Numbered from the stretch's first letter, positions 8,609-16,780 are shown. The stretch is DNA of 25,599 nt from Sandaracinaceae bacterium (GCA_044220955.1 JBGAQA010000092.1:1-25599); one strand, 5' to 3'. A program made the numbers and translations. Notes: a model not told the origin generated them from the letters alone.

Positions 8609-9154
8609 ATGGGCGACGGAACGGAAGCGGGCGAGGGTCGGATGGGCGACGCGGTGGTGGCCGCGACGGAGGGGTCGCTGGCGCTGGCCCTGGCGGGTGC
8701 GGCGGACACGGCGACGGAAGGCGAGCCGGGCGATGGGCGAAGGAAGCGGCGCGATCGCGCGCGCGCCCACACCATCTCGATCCGGCGGCTGAGCAAGACC
8801 GAGCTCGCGCGCGGCAAGATGCTCTATCCGGAGACCGACTACTGGAAGCCGAAGACGCGCGCGGAGTGCGTGGACATGGAGCGGCCGTGCCCCTTCGTGT
8901 CGTGCAAGTACCACCTCTACGTCGACGTCCACCCGGTGCGGGGCTCGATCAAGGTGAACTTCACGGACCTCGAGGTCTGGGAGATGACCGAGACCTGCGC
9001 GCTCGACATCGCGGACCGCGGGGGCATCACGCTCGAGGAGGTCGGCGAGATCATGAACCTCACGCGTGAGCGTGTGCGTCAGGTCGAGACGGCCGGCCTC
9101 GGCAAGCTCGCGGCGCTGACGGACGTGGCGCGGCTGAAGGACTACGTGTTCTGA
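8609..9154 (+). CDS. stand-alone sigma70 region-4-like HTH protein with upstream Cys/His cluster
   Basis: C-terminal '[22 protein letters not shown]' closely matches sigma70 region 4.2; no regions 1-3. Preceded by C-x6-C-x4-C-x2-H-x27-C. ATG 8609 has GGAGG 5 nt upstream (alternative in-frame starts 8543/8546/8642). Confidence 0.8.
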   Translation: MGDGTEAGEGRMGDAVVAATEGSLALALAGAADTATEGEPGDGRRKRRDRARAHTISIRRLSKTELARGKMLYPETDYWKPKTRAECVDMERPCPFVSCKYHLYVDVHPVRGSIKVNFTDLEVWEMTETCALDIADRGGITLEEVGEIMNLTRERVRQVETAGLGKLAALTDVARLKDYVF

Positions 9155-9161
9155 GCCGACC

Positions 9162-9186
9162 GAGAGGCGGGACGGCCCCGCTTCTC
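9162..9186. terminator. hairpin between convergent genes (possible bidirectional terminator)
   Basis: GAGAGGCGGG - ACGGC - CCCGCTTCTC: 10-bp stem with one G.U pair on the + strand, sitting in the 30-nt gap between convergent stops. No clear U-tract. Confidence 0.45.
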
Positions 9187-9577
9187 AGCGAAGGCTGCCC
9201 GGATCGTCCGGATCCGGCGGCGACTTCTTCTCCGCGTCGCCCTTGGCGGCGCCCCCGTGCTCGAGCTGCGCGACCGACCTCTTGATCTCGTCGGCCAGCT
9301 TGCCCAGCTCGGCCCCGACCTTCGACGCGAAGGGCTTGGCGGCCGCCTGGATCTCGTTCGCCGTGCGCTCGGTCTCGCTCGCGACGCGCTCCATGGCCTT
9401 CTCCGCGTCGCCGGCCGCCTTTCGCACCGCGGGATCGATCCGGCGCGCGAGCAGATCCGCGGCGCTGCGCAGATGCGCCAGGGCCGCGTGCAGCTCGTCC
9501 TTCGGGGTCGGGCCCGCGCCGCTCGGCTCGTCGGTTCCCGTGGACTTCGGCTCGGTCTTCGAGGTCTCGTCGCTCAT
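9185..9577 (-). CDS. hypothetical alpha-helical protein (130 aa), Ala/Lys/Glu-rich
   Basis: Real protein is the C-terminal part of the 823-aa track ORF, from MSDETSKTEP. High GC3, natural composition, starts 14 nt after the FG-GAP gene stop. Confidence 0.7.
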   Translation of the reverse strand: MSDETSKTEPKSTGTDEPSGAGPTPKDELHAALAHLRSAADLLARRIDPAVRKAAGDAEKAMERVASETERTANEIQAAAKPFASKVGAELGKLADEIKRSVAQLEHGGAAKGDAEKKSPPDPDDPGSLR

Positions 9578-9591
9578 GCTTGCAGCGTTAC

Positions 9592-11700
9592 TCACGGACA
9601 GAACGGACGCCAGATGAGCACGACGTTGTTCTCCTCGCGGCACTCGCGGATGGCGCTTCCCATGCCGTCCGATGGATCGTCGAGCAGCGCGTAGTAGTCG
9701 ACGACCGGGCGCTCGAGCATCGCGTCGAACGTCACCGTCTCCGTGCCCCCCTCGGGGAGCAGCACGTTCTGGGTGCGTGCCTCGCCGATGCGCTCCCCGC
9801 CCGCTCCCGGCAGGCCGCGGTAGAACCCCACCACCACGCCCGACCCGACGCGCTCGAGGCCGTAGTTCGCCACGTCCACGCTGAACGTCGCCCGGTCGCG
9901 CCCGGTGCACTCGTAGCGGCCGCGGCCCCCCCAGAGGTCGGGGGAGACGAGCACGTCGCCGCCCTGGCGCAGGTTCTGCCGGTACGCGTCGAGCAGCTCC
10001 CAGCTCGGCTGCTCGTGCAGCGGGATGTGCCCGTTCTCGTCCACGTTGGTGATGTGGTACGCGTGCTGGTTCCAGATCCGCCGCGCGCCGACCCAGCGCC
10101 CGAGCCGGTCGCCGTAGATGAGCACGCCTGCCGGGGTCGTCCGGTCGCGCGGGCGGCGCAGGAAGTTCGCCTCGTCGTTCGCCGCGAACACGATCTCGGC
10201 CTGCCCGTCGGCGTCGACGTCGGCGATGACCGGGTTCTCGGTCCGCGTGCGCGAGGAGTTCCGCTCCACCACGAGGTTGAAACCCGTGAGTCCGTCGAAC
10301 ACGCGGAAGTTGAACTGGTCGTTGTAGACGACCTCCGCCCGCCCGTCGCCGTTGAAGTCGAACACGCTGGAGCCCGTCGTCGCCGACGAGCCGTCCTCCG
10401 TCCTCTGCGTCCAGATGATCCCCTCGGCCGAGCAGTAGTCGTAGGGCACGCGCGGGCCGGTGCAGTCGTGGTCGTACACGGAGTAGGAGGCACCGTTGGC
10501 GATGCCGATCTCCGGCCGTCCGTCGCCGTCGAAGTCGGCGATCGTGGGCGGGCCGCCGGCCGAGGTCACGCCGCCCGCGGTCAGCGCCTGCGTCCAGAGC
10601 GTCCGGCCCGTCGGGCCCGCGATCACGTAGAGGTAGCCGACCGACACCAGCACGACCTCGGGCCCCCTCGAGCTCGCATCGAGCTCTCCGACGCCGCAGA
10701 GACCGTCGCCGGCGTCCTCGTCGACCCACATCGTCGTCCCATCGGCGCGGATCGCGCTGCGGCCGGCGATGACCTCCTGGACGCCGTCGCCGTCGAGATC
10801 GGCGACGCACGAGATCGGACCGAGGATGCCGTTCGCGCCGCGGCTCGTGTCGGATCCGCCGACCCAGCGCAGGGCGCCGGTGGCGCCGTCGAGCACGTTG
10901 CGCCCGACGATGACCTCGACGCGGCCGTCCCCTTCCAGATCGGCGATCGAGATCGCGCCGCCGATCGTGCGGTCGTAGCGCAGCCCGCGATCCACGGCGG
11001 TCGGGTAGTACGACTGCCACATCGACGAGCCGTCGGCGCGGAACGCGTAGGTGCTCGAGGAGACGCCGATCCCGACGATCTCGTTCAGTCCGTCCCCGTC
11101 GAGGTCGCCGGCGGCGAGGTTCGTCGACGCCTCGAGCCGGCCGTTCGGCAGGCCGTCCGACGGGTTGCTGATCGTGATCTGCGTCACCGGATCCCAGATG
11201 CGCAGGGTCCCGTTCTCGCCCTCGGCGCCGACGACGTCGTAGGAAGTGAAGACCACGACGGGGCGCAGGTCGCCGTCCCGCGGATCGAGGTCGATGACCA
11301 CCGGCGTCGCGCAGACCTGCACCGAGCCGGGGCTGGTGATCACGCTGTGGTCCGGCCAGCGCGTCTCGAGGATCGGGTGGTCGAAGGGATCGATCACCGG
11401 GACGACGCGGCACGTCGTGGGATCGGGAGGTGGATCGAGCGGCGGCGGGGCGTCGGGCGCCCAGGCGTCGACGCCTTCGTCGGGGAGCACGACGGCATCG
11501 GGCCGCCAGGCGTCGAAGCCGGTGTCCATCGGGACGAAGGCGTCCTCGCCCGCGTCGGCGTCCGGGGGCCTGGCGGCGTCGCGCGTGCCCAGATCCGGTC
11601 GTGCTCCGTCGGGAAGGACGGCGTCCACGGCGTCGCGCTCGTGCGCGAGGTAGCACCCCGCGAGCGTCGAGACGGCGGCCGCGAGGAGGAGCGCACGCAT
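9592..11700 (-). CDS. FG-GAP/VCBS-repeat (integrin-alpha-like beta-propeller) lipoprotein with C-terminal CARDB-like Ig domain
   Basis: Lipobox LAGC after MRALLLAAAVST; Asp/Pro-rich linker; repeats DLDGDGLNEIV, DLEGDGRVEVI, DLDGDGVQEVI, DFDGDGRPEIG, DFNGDGRAEVV, DVDADGQAEIV; WNQHAYHITNV; CARDB-like 'VANYG...IRECREENN'. Confidence 0.85.
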   Translation of the reverse strand: MRALLLAAAVSTLAGCYLAHERDAVDAVLPDGARPDLGTRDAARPPDADAGEDAFVPMDTGFDAWRPDAVVLPDEGVDAWAPDAPPPLDPPPDPTTCRVVPVIDPFDHPILETRWPDHSVITSPGSVQVCATPVVIDLDPRDGDLRPVVVFTSYDVVGAEGENGTLRIWDPVTQITISNPSDGLPNGRLEASTNLAAGDLDGDGLNEIVGIGVSSSTYAFRADGSSMWQSYYPTAVDRGLRYDRTIGGAISIADLEGDGRVEVIVGRNVLDGATGALRWVGGSDTSRGANGILGPISCVADLDGDGVQEVIAGRSAIRADGTTMWVDEDAGDGLCGVGELDASSRGPEVVLVSVGYLYVIAGPTGRTLWTQALTAGGVTSAGGPPTIADFDGDGRPEIGIANGASYSVYDHDCTGPRVPYDYCSAEGIIWTQRTEDGSSATTGSSVFDFNGDGRAEVVYNDQFNFRVFDGLTGFNLVVERNSSRTRTENPVIADVDADGQAEIVFAANDEANFLRRPRDRTTPAGVLIYGDRLGRWVGARRIWNQHAYHITNVDENGHIPLHEQPSWELLDAYRQNLRQGGDVLVSPDLWGGRGRYECTGRDRATFSVDVANYGLERVGSGVVVGFYRGLPGAGGERIGEARTQNVLLPEGGTETVTFDAMLERPVVDYYALLDDPSDGMGSAIRECREENNVVLIWRPFCP

Positions 11701-11716
11701 GGTCGGGACCTCGTAC

Positions 11717-11731
11717 ACAAGCGCCGTGCCA
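11717..11731 (-). promoter_or_regulatory. possible sigma54 (-24/-12) promoter of the FG-GAP gene
   Basis: Minus strand TGGCAC-GGCGC-TTGT versus consensus TGGCAC-N5-TTGC; one mismatch at the conserved -12 C; 16 nt upstream of ATG 11700. Confidence 0.4.
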
Positions 11732-11812
11732 GCCCTCAACGGGAAAAGGACGGGCGATCCGCGCTGGGCGCTGCAGCCTGTCAGGAAACGCACGGCAATA
11801 CAGCCGGAACGC

Positions 11813-12586
11813 TCACGCGCTCGCCGCGCCGACGGGGTTGGTCAGGGTCGCGATGCCCGGCTCGATGGACACCTCGACCACGTCGCCGGAGCTCAGCGGT
11901 CCGACGCCGGCGGGAGTCCCCGTGAGCACGATGTCGCCCGGGTGCAGGGTCATCACCGCGCTGATGTACGAGAGCAGCTCGTCGACCGGCCAGATCATGT
12001 CGGCGACCGAGCCGTTCTGCCGCTCGAGCGCGCCCACCCGCGTGACGACGCGGAGGCGTTCCAGCGGCCCCGGCTCGGACTCGAGCACGGCGCCGACGGG
12101 GCAGAAGGTGTCGAAGCCCTTGCCGCGGGTGAACTGGACGTCCTTGCGCTGCAGGTCGCGAGCGGTCACGTCGTTGGCGGCGGTCACGGCGAACACGCCG
12201 CGGGCGGCGTCGGCTCGGGACGCGCGCCGGAGCGTGGTGCCGACCACCACGCAGAGCTCGCCCTCGTGCTCGACGCGCTCGCTCTGCGGCGGCAGCTCGA
12301 TGGTGCCGCCCGGCGCCAGCAGCGCGCTCGGGGGCTTGAGGAAGAGCAGAGGCTCCTTCGGCACGTCGTGCCCCAGCTCCTTGGCGTGCTCGCGGTAGTT
12401 GCGCCCGACGCAGACGATCTTCGTCGGCACGACCGGGCATCGAAGCGCATCGGCGCGGAGCGGGACGAAGCGGTCCGTCTCCTGACCGCCCGCGAAGGGC
12501 GCGCCATCGAGGAGCCGCGCCGTGTGCGGGTCGACCTCCCGGGCCCAGTACTCGATGCCGCCGTGCACGAGGCGGAGGTAGCGCAT
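11813..12586 (-). CDS. fumarylacetoacetate hydrolase family protein
   Basis: PTKIVCVGRNYREHAKE, PLLFLKP, HEGELCVVVG, NDVTARDLQ, GKGFDTFCPVG, LHPGDIVLTGTPAGVG. Confidence 0.95.
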   Translation of the reverse strand: MRYLRLVHGGIEYWAREVDPHTARLLDGAPFAGGQETDRFVPLRADALRCPVVPTKIVCVGRNYREHAKELGHDVPKEPLLFLKPPSALLAPGGTIELPPQSERVEHEGELCVVVGTTLRRASRADAARGVFAVTAANDVTARDLQRKDVQFTRGKGFDTFCPVGAVLESEPGPLERLRVVTRVGALERQNGSVADMIWPVDELLSYISAVMTLHPGDIVLTGTPAGVGPLSSGDVVEVSIEPGIATLTNPVGAASA

Positions 12587-12592
12587 CGCGGG

Positions 12593-12601
12593 AGGCTACC
12601 A
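12593..12601 (-). promoter_or_regulatory. extended -10 promoter (TG-G-TAGCCT), probably leaderless transcript
   Basis: Minus strand TGGTAGCCT-cccgcg-ATG: TAnnnT ends 6 nt before the start codon and no Shine-Dalgarno is present. Confidence 0.55.
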
Positions 12602-12662
12602 GAACTCGGTCGACGGGAGTGCTCGGCACGGAGGCGAGCCGAAGGCATCGCGGGACGGTCTC

Positions 12663-13820
12663 TCACTGGGCGACGATGCGGATCACCCCGTCGTCGTCGA
12701 GACGGACGAGGCCGCTCTCGCCCGCCCTTCCGATCGCCGTCGACCACGCGACCGACGCGCGCTCGCGGGGCACCGGCGTGATGGCCACCGGGACGTGCTC
12801 GCCGTGGAACACGAAGCTCGCGCCGTGGACGACCGCGCCTTGCGGGCCCTCGAGCGGGTAGAGGACGGCGATCAGCGAGTCCTCGCCGCTCTCGCCCGCG
12901 AAGAGCCACACGCGCTCGCCGGCGATCGGGGACCAGACGAGCGGCCCCGCCGCGATCCGGGCGCGGATCGTGTCGTCCACGGCCAGGTCGGCGCGGGTGT
13001 ACGCGCGCTCCGCGGCGGCGGTGTCGAAGGGCGTGAACGCGTCGGCCCAGGGAGCGAGCTCCGGCGTGCTGCGCATGGCCGCGCGCAGCGCCGGCAGATC
13101 GATCTCGAGCGGCGCGAAGGGCGCGCCGCCGAGGCGCGGCGCCGGGTAGGTGAGGGAAGGCGCGGGCCCGTAGCAGCATCGCACCGCGCCCTCTCGTCCG
13201 GCAGTGTCGTCGAGAACCGTGCGCGCGTCGCAGCGGTGGGATGCCGCCTCTTGGTCCAGGCGTGCCCCACGCAGCACGAAGCGCTCGCCCGAGCGCGTCC
13301 ACTCGGGCGCGAGCACGCCCTGGGCGATCAGTCCGAGCGCGCCGACGCAGCGTGCGGGGTCCGCCGCGCACGCGGGGAAGTCCCCCGACGCCGTCGGCAG
13401 CGCGACGTGCGCGTCGCCCTCGCACGCGCGCTCCCACTCGAGCTCGTCGCAGAGCCGGCCGCCGCGCGCCTCGCAGCTCGCCGCGGCGACCTCGACCGCG
13501 ACGTGCTCCGGGTCGGCGCGGTCCGCGGCGCGTCTCGCGCCGAGGTCGATCTCGAACGCCGGCACGTCGATCGGCGCCTGATCGGCCTCGACGCGTGGCC
13601 GCCGCAGCGGGGTGCCTGGCCGGCTGCCGGCGAGGACGACGCCTTCGGGGACGGCGACGCGGTCCGCAGCGCCTACGGCGAGCGCGCGCTGCGGCGCGGT
13701 CGCCTCGCGCGGCGCGACGGGGGCTGGTCCTGACGCGCGCGTGTCGGCGCCGCCGTCGTCCTGCGAGGCAGGGCCGCCGCACGCGGCGAGGACGATCGCC
13801 AAGAGAGCGCGCGCACGCAT
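12663..13820 (-). CDS. lipoprotein with degenerate FGE/SUMF1-like (FGE-sulfatase) domain and C-terminal extension
   Basis: Lipobox LAAC after MRARALLAIV; 'IDVPAFEID', 'AAASCEARGGRLCDELEWERAC', 'PEWT...VLRGA', 'GAVRCC' follow the FGE-like domain layout. Confidence 0.72.
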   Translation of the reverse strand: MRARALLAIVLAACGGPASQDDGGADTRASGPAPVAPREATAPQRALAVGAADRVAVPEGVVLAGSRPGTPLRRPRVEADQAPIDVPAFEIDLGARRAADRADPEHVAVEVAAASCEARGGRLCDELEWERACEGDAHVALPTASGDFPACAADPARCVGALGLIAQGVLAPEWTRSGERFVLRGARLDQEAASHRCDARTVLDDTAGREGAVRCCYGPAPSLTYPAPRLGGAPFAPLEIDLPALRAAMRSTPELAPWADAFTPFDTAAAERAYTRADLAVDDTIRARIAAGPLVWSPIAGERVWLFAGESGEDSLIAVLYPLEGPQGAVVHGASFVFHGEHVPVAITPVPRERASVAWSTAIGRAGESGLVRLDDDGVIRIVAQ

Positions 13821-13868
13821 GCCCCGAGAGAACCCGAGCTCGGGGCGAGCGTCCACTTTCGAGCACGC

Positions 13869-13897
13869 TTGCGCCGCCGCGGGCCGGGCCGCATGTT
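13869..13897 (+). promoter_or_regulatory. putative sigma70 promoter of rnpB: TTGCGC - 17 nt - CATGTT
   Basis: Canonical 17-nt spacing; the -10 ends 6 nt before the first base of helix P1 (13904). Confidence 0.55.
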
Positions 13898-13903
13898 CGC
13901 CCC

Positions 13904-14300
13904 GTCGAAGCGATCCAGGTGATCGCCGGCGGCGTCACGTCGCGAGGCGGGGCGCCGCGGGAGGAAAGTCCGAGCTCCACAGGGCAGGGTGCCAGCCAAC
14001 CGCTGGTGGGGGTGACCCCGAGGAAAGTGCCACAGAGAATCAGACCACCGTGCTCGTCCGAGAGGGCGCGCGCGGCCAGGGTGAAAAGGTGAGGTAAGAG
14101 CTCACCGCGTCGGCGGAGACGTCGGCGGCACGGCAAACCCCACCCGGTGCAAGACCGAACAGGGAGCGCTCGAGGGTGGCCCGCCCGAGCTCCCGGGTGT
14201 GTCGCAGGAGGGCCGCGGCGACGCGGCTCCTAGAGGAATGATCGCCATCGCGCCGAGGTGACGACGCGCGAGACGAGACTCGGCTTACGGATCCTTCGAC
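13904..14300 (+). ncRNA. rnpB: RNase P RNA, bacterial type A
   Basis: GAGGAAAGTCCGAGCTCC (CR-I), GGAAAGTGCCACAGAGAA, GGGTGAAAAGGTGAGGTAAGAGCTCACCGC, GGCAAACCCCACCCGGTGCAAG, AGAGGAATGAT and ACGAGACTCGGCTTAC (CR-V). P1: GTCGAAG(C)GATCC 13904-13916 pairs with GGATCCTTCGAC 14289-14300. Confidence 0.97.
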
Positions 14301-14302
14301 CA

Positions 14303-14336
14303 CACGGCCTCGTCGAGAGACGGGGCCGTGCGCTTT
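14303..14336 (+). terminator. hairpin terminator/processing stem after rnpB
   Basis: CACGGCCTCGTC - GAGA (GNRA loop) - GACGGGGCCGTG: 12-bp stem with one G.U, followed by CGCTTT. Confidence 0.7.
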
Positions 14337-14368
14337 CCGGGGGTCGGGGAAGGCGCTAAGAGCGCGGC

Positions 14369-14881
14369 GTGCGCCGATCGTCATCGCTCGCCCTGGCCCT
14401 GGCCCTGGGCTGCTCGCTCGAGCCGGACACGGCGTCCGTGCAGGCCGAGCCACCGCCCGCCGCGGAGTACCGCTCGGAGAGCGTCGAGCAGGGGCTCGAC
14501 ACGACGCTGCGCGCGGCGCAGACGCGCGGCTTCTCGCCCGACGAGCGCACGTTCCGAGGCTTCCTCCTCGAGGGCAGCGTGGAGGTCCGGGAGGTCACGC
14601 TCGCCGCGGGCAGCTGCTACGCCGTCCTCGCGGCTGGCTCCACCGGGCTGCGCGAGCTCGACCTCACGCTCTTCCTCGCGGACGGGACCGAGGGCGCGCG
14701 TGACGGGGCGACGGGGCGGACGGGCGCGCTCCTGTACTGCCCGGTCCACGCGGGCACGTACTACGTCACCGTGCGCGCGAGCGCTGGGAGCGGTCTGTAC
14801 GGGGTGCGGATCGCGCACGGCCCGACGGGGCTCGACGTGACCGCGGCCGATCTGCTCCCCATCCCCCCGGCCGAGCGATGA
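14369..14881 (+). CDS. lipoprotein with one PPC-like two-Cys beta domain
   Basis: Lipobox ALGC; 'RGF...EG...GSCYAVLA...LRELDLTLF..DG...RD...YCP..AGTYYVTVRA..GSG' resembles bacterial pre-peptidase C-terminal-like domains. Confidence 0.7.
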   Translation: MRRSSSLALALALGCSLEPDTASVQAEPPPAAEYRSESVEQGLDTTLRAAQTRGFSPDERTFRGFLLEGSVEVREVTLAAGSCYAVLAAGSTGLRELDLTLFLADGTEGARDGATGRTGALLYCPVHAGTYYVTVRASAGSGLYGVRIAHGPTGLDVTAADLLPIPPAER

Positions 14882-16566
14882 AGAGGCGGGCGGCGCTGGC
14901 GCTCGCCCTCGGGCTCGCTGCGTGCAGCGGCAAGCCGCCCGACGCCCCCCCCTACGAAGGTGCGCTCCCGGCGGTGGAAGCCCCGCTCGACGCGATCACG
15001 CGACGTCTGTCGCGGGTCCGCGAGCGGCTCCGGCTGCGCGGCTATCGCGAGCTACCGCGTCAGGCGCGCGCGTTCGTCGTCGAGGGCGAGGCGCGCGTGC
15101 TCCCGATCGACCTGCCGTCCGGCGCGTGCAGCACGTTCGTCGCGCTCGGCCCGCCCTCGCTGCGCGAGCTGCGGCTCTCGGTCTTCGACGCGGAGGGCGC
15201 GCCGCTGGCCACGGAGGAGATCGCGGGCGAGGCGGGCCTGGTCCACGTCTGCCCACAGACGAGCGCGAGGGCGATGCCTGCGTACCTCTCCGTCGAGGCG
15301 CGCGAGGGCGCGGGCTCGGTCGCGCTCGCCGAGCTCACGAGCCCGCCCGGGCAGGGCGACGGCTTCGAGGGAGTGTTCGACGACGTCCTGGCTCCGCGCG
15401 AGCCCTTCGCCGACGTCGAGGCGTCGCTCGGCAACGCGCGGAGCGCGCTGCGCGCGCGCGGGTTCCTGCCCGAAGGCGCGCCGGTCATCGCGTCGGTCGC
15501 CGAGGGCGGCAGCGTCCGCGCGACGCACACGTTCGAGCTCGGTCACTGCTACCTCGTCGCGGTGCGCGCGGCGCCGTCGGTGACCGACGCGGACCTGTTC
15601 GGGTTCGATCCGAACGGCGTCGAGGTCGCGCGGGACATCGGCGCGGGGAGCGAGCCCTCCTTCGAGCGTTGCCCGTCGGTCCGCGAGACGCTCGCGCTCG
15701 AGGCGCGCGCGTTCGTCGGGCGCGGGGCGCTCGGAGTGCAGGTGCTCGTCGGGCCGGCGCGCGACGGAGCGCTGGGCGCGGACACGGCCCCGTCGGAGGT
15801 CTCGACGGCGCTCGACACGCCGGCGGACGCCGCCGATCCGAGCCTCGCGCTCGGCGTCGCGGCCGCCGCGCTGACTCCGCTCGGCTTCGAGGCGCCGCTC
15901 CTGGTCGCCGAGCATGCGCGCATCGCGCCGGGTGACGTCGTGACCCACGAGGCCATCCTGGGGCCGGGTTGCTCCCTCGTGATGGCAGCGGCGTCGAGCG
16001 ACGCCATCGACCTCGACCTCTACCTCGCCGACACGCAGGGGCGCGAGCTGGACGCGGACACCAGCGTGCGGTCGAGCGCCGTGGTGCGCGCGTGCGAGAG
16101 CACGCCGACGGTACGGCGGATCGCCGTGAAGGCGTACGGGCGCGAGGGAAGCTACTCGCTCGCGATCGTGCGCGCGCCCGAGAGCGTCACCAGCGTCGGC
16201 GGGCTGCGCGCGGCCGAGGCCGAGGCGCCGTTCCGGGCGCGCGGGTTCGTCCCGCGAGAGTCGTCCGACGTCGAGCTGGCCGAGGGCGAGCACCACGCGG
16301 GGGACGCGCAGGTCGCGCCGGGTCGCTGCGTCGCGGTCGTCGCCGCCGGCGGCAACGGCGTTCGCGACATCGATCTCGTGCTCTCCGACGCGAGCGGTGC
16401 GACCCTCGCGAGCGACACGGCCCCCGCGCCGTACGCGGCGGCGTCGGTGTGTGCGACGAGCGAGGCCACGCTGCTGGTGACCTACGACGTGGTCGCGTTC
16501 CGCGGCGCGGGCCGCGCGACCGTCTCGCTCCTCGATGATGCGATGCTCGACGCCGGGGTACGCTGA
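14878..16566 (+). CDS. lipoprotein with four tandem PPC-like two-Cys domains
   Basis: Lipobox LAAC; ATGA overlap with the previous gene; four units starting LRGY, ARGF, PLGF and ARGF, each with G-(x)-C, a DLDL-like strand and a second Cys. Confidence 0.75.
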   Translation: MKRRAALALALGLAACSGKPPDAPPYEGALPAVEAPLDAITRRLSRVRERLRLRGYRELPRQARAFVVEGEARVLPIDLPSGACSTFVALGPPSLRELRLSVFDAEGAPLATEEIAGEAGLVHVCPQTSARAMPAYLSVEAREGAGSVALAELTSPPGQGDGFEGVFDDVLAPREPFADVEASLGNARSALRARGFLPEGAPVIASVAEGGSVRATHTFELGHCYLVAVRAAPSVTDADLFGFDPNGVEVARDIGAGSEPSFERCPSVRETLALEARAFVGRGALGVQVLVGPARDGALGADTAPSEVSTALDTPADAADPSLALGVAAAALTPLGFEAPLLVAEHARIAPGDVVTHEAILGPGCSLVMAAASSDAIDLDLYLADTQGRELDADTSVRSSAVVRACESTPTVRRIAVKAYGREGSYSLAIVRAPESVTSVGGLRAAEAEAPFRARGFVPRESSDVELAEGEHHAGDAQVAPGRCVAVVAAGGNGVRDIDLVLSDASGATLASDTAPAPYAAASVCATSEATLLVTYDVVAFRGAGRATVSLLDDAMLDAGVR

Positions 16567-16569
16567 GAC

Positions 16570-16780
16570 ATGCACCCGATCCGGCCGATCGCGCTCGTCG
16601 CTCTGGTCGCCGCCTGCGGCCCTCCGGACGTCCCGCTGGGTCCCGGACCGGCCGGCGCAGCGGGCGTCGGCGCATGCGTGCCGCGGCAGACCCGAGCGCG
16701 GACGCGACAGCGCGTCGCGCGTCGCCGCGGGCGAGCAGGCGATCCTCGCGGCGTGGATCAGCGGTGGTCAGCTGCCCTGA
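16570..16780 (+). pseudogene. probable frameshifted or internally deleted small lipoprotein gene
   Basis: One frame gives a clean signal peptide and lipobox (MHPIRPIALVALVAAC-GPPDVP) and then Arg-rich junk. Another frame gives a high-GC3, protein-like C-terminus (…AGEQAILAAWISGGQLP*) ending at 16780. Confidence 0.45.

Noticed and set aside
8546..8651. Repeated ATGGGCG(A/G)CG at 8546, 8609 and 8642
   Set aside because: Short, irregularly spaced, in-frame Met-Gly starts; not an array. At most alternative start sites.
8860..9000. WhiB-family assignment for the Cys cluster
   Set aside because: Cys spacing differs from WhiB (C-xn-C-x2-C-x5-C) and the G[IV]WGG turn is absent.
9580..11925. 781-aa plus-strand ORF, and the N-terminal ~690 aa of the 823-aa minus ORF (9185-11656)
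   Set aside because: Shadow or alternative frames of the FG-GAP gene; only the last 130 aa of the 823-aa ORF look like real protein.
14271..14288. RNase P CR-V reading ACGAGACTCGGCTTA rather than the common ACAGAACCCGGCTTA
   Set aside because: It still fits ACNNRANNNNGNNUA, and the P4 change is compensated by CCGAG in CR-I; normal variation.
12184..14453. ORFs crossing rnpB (12184-14136 -, 14040-14453 -, 13612-14097 +)
   Set aside because: The region is explained by RNase P RNA and the FGE-like gene; translations are low-complexity and Arg-rich.
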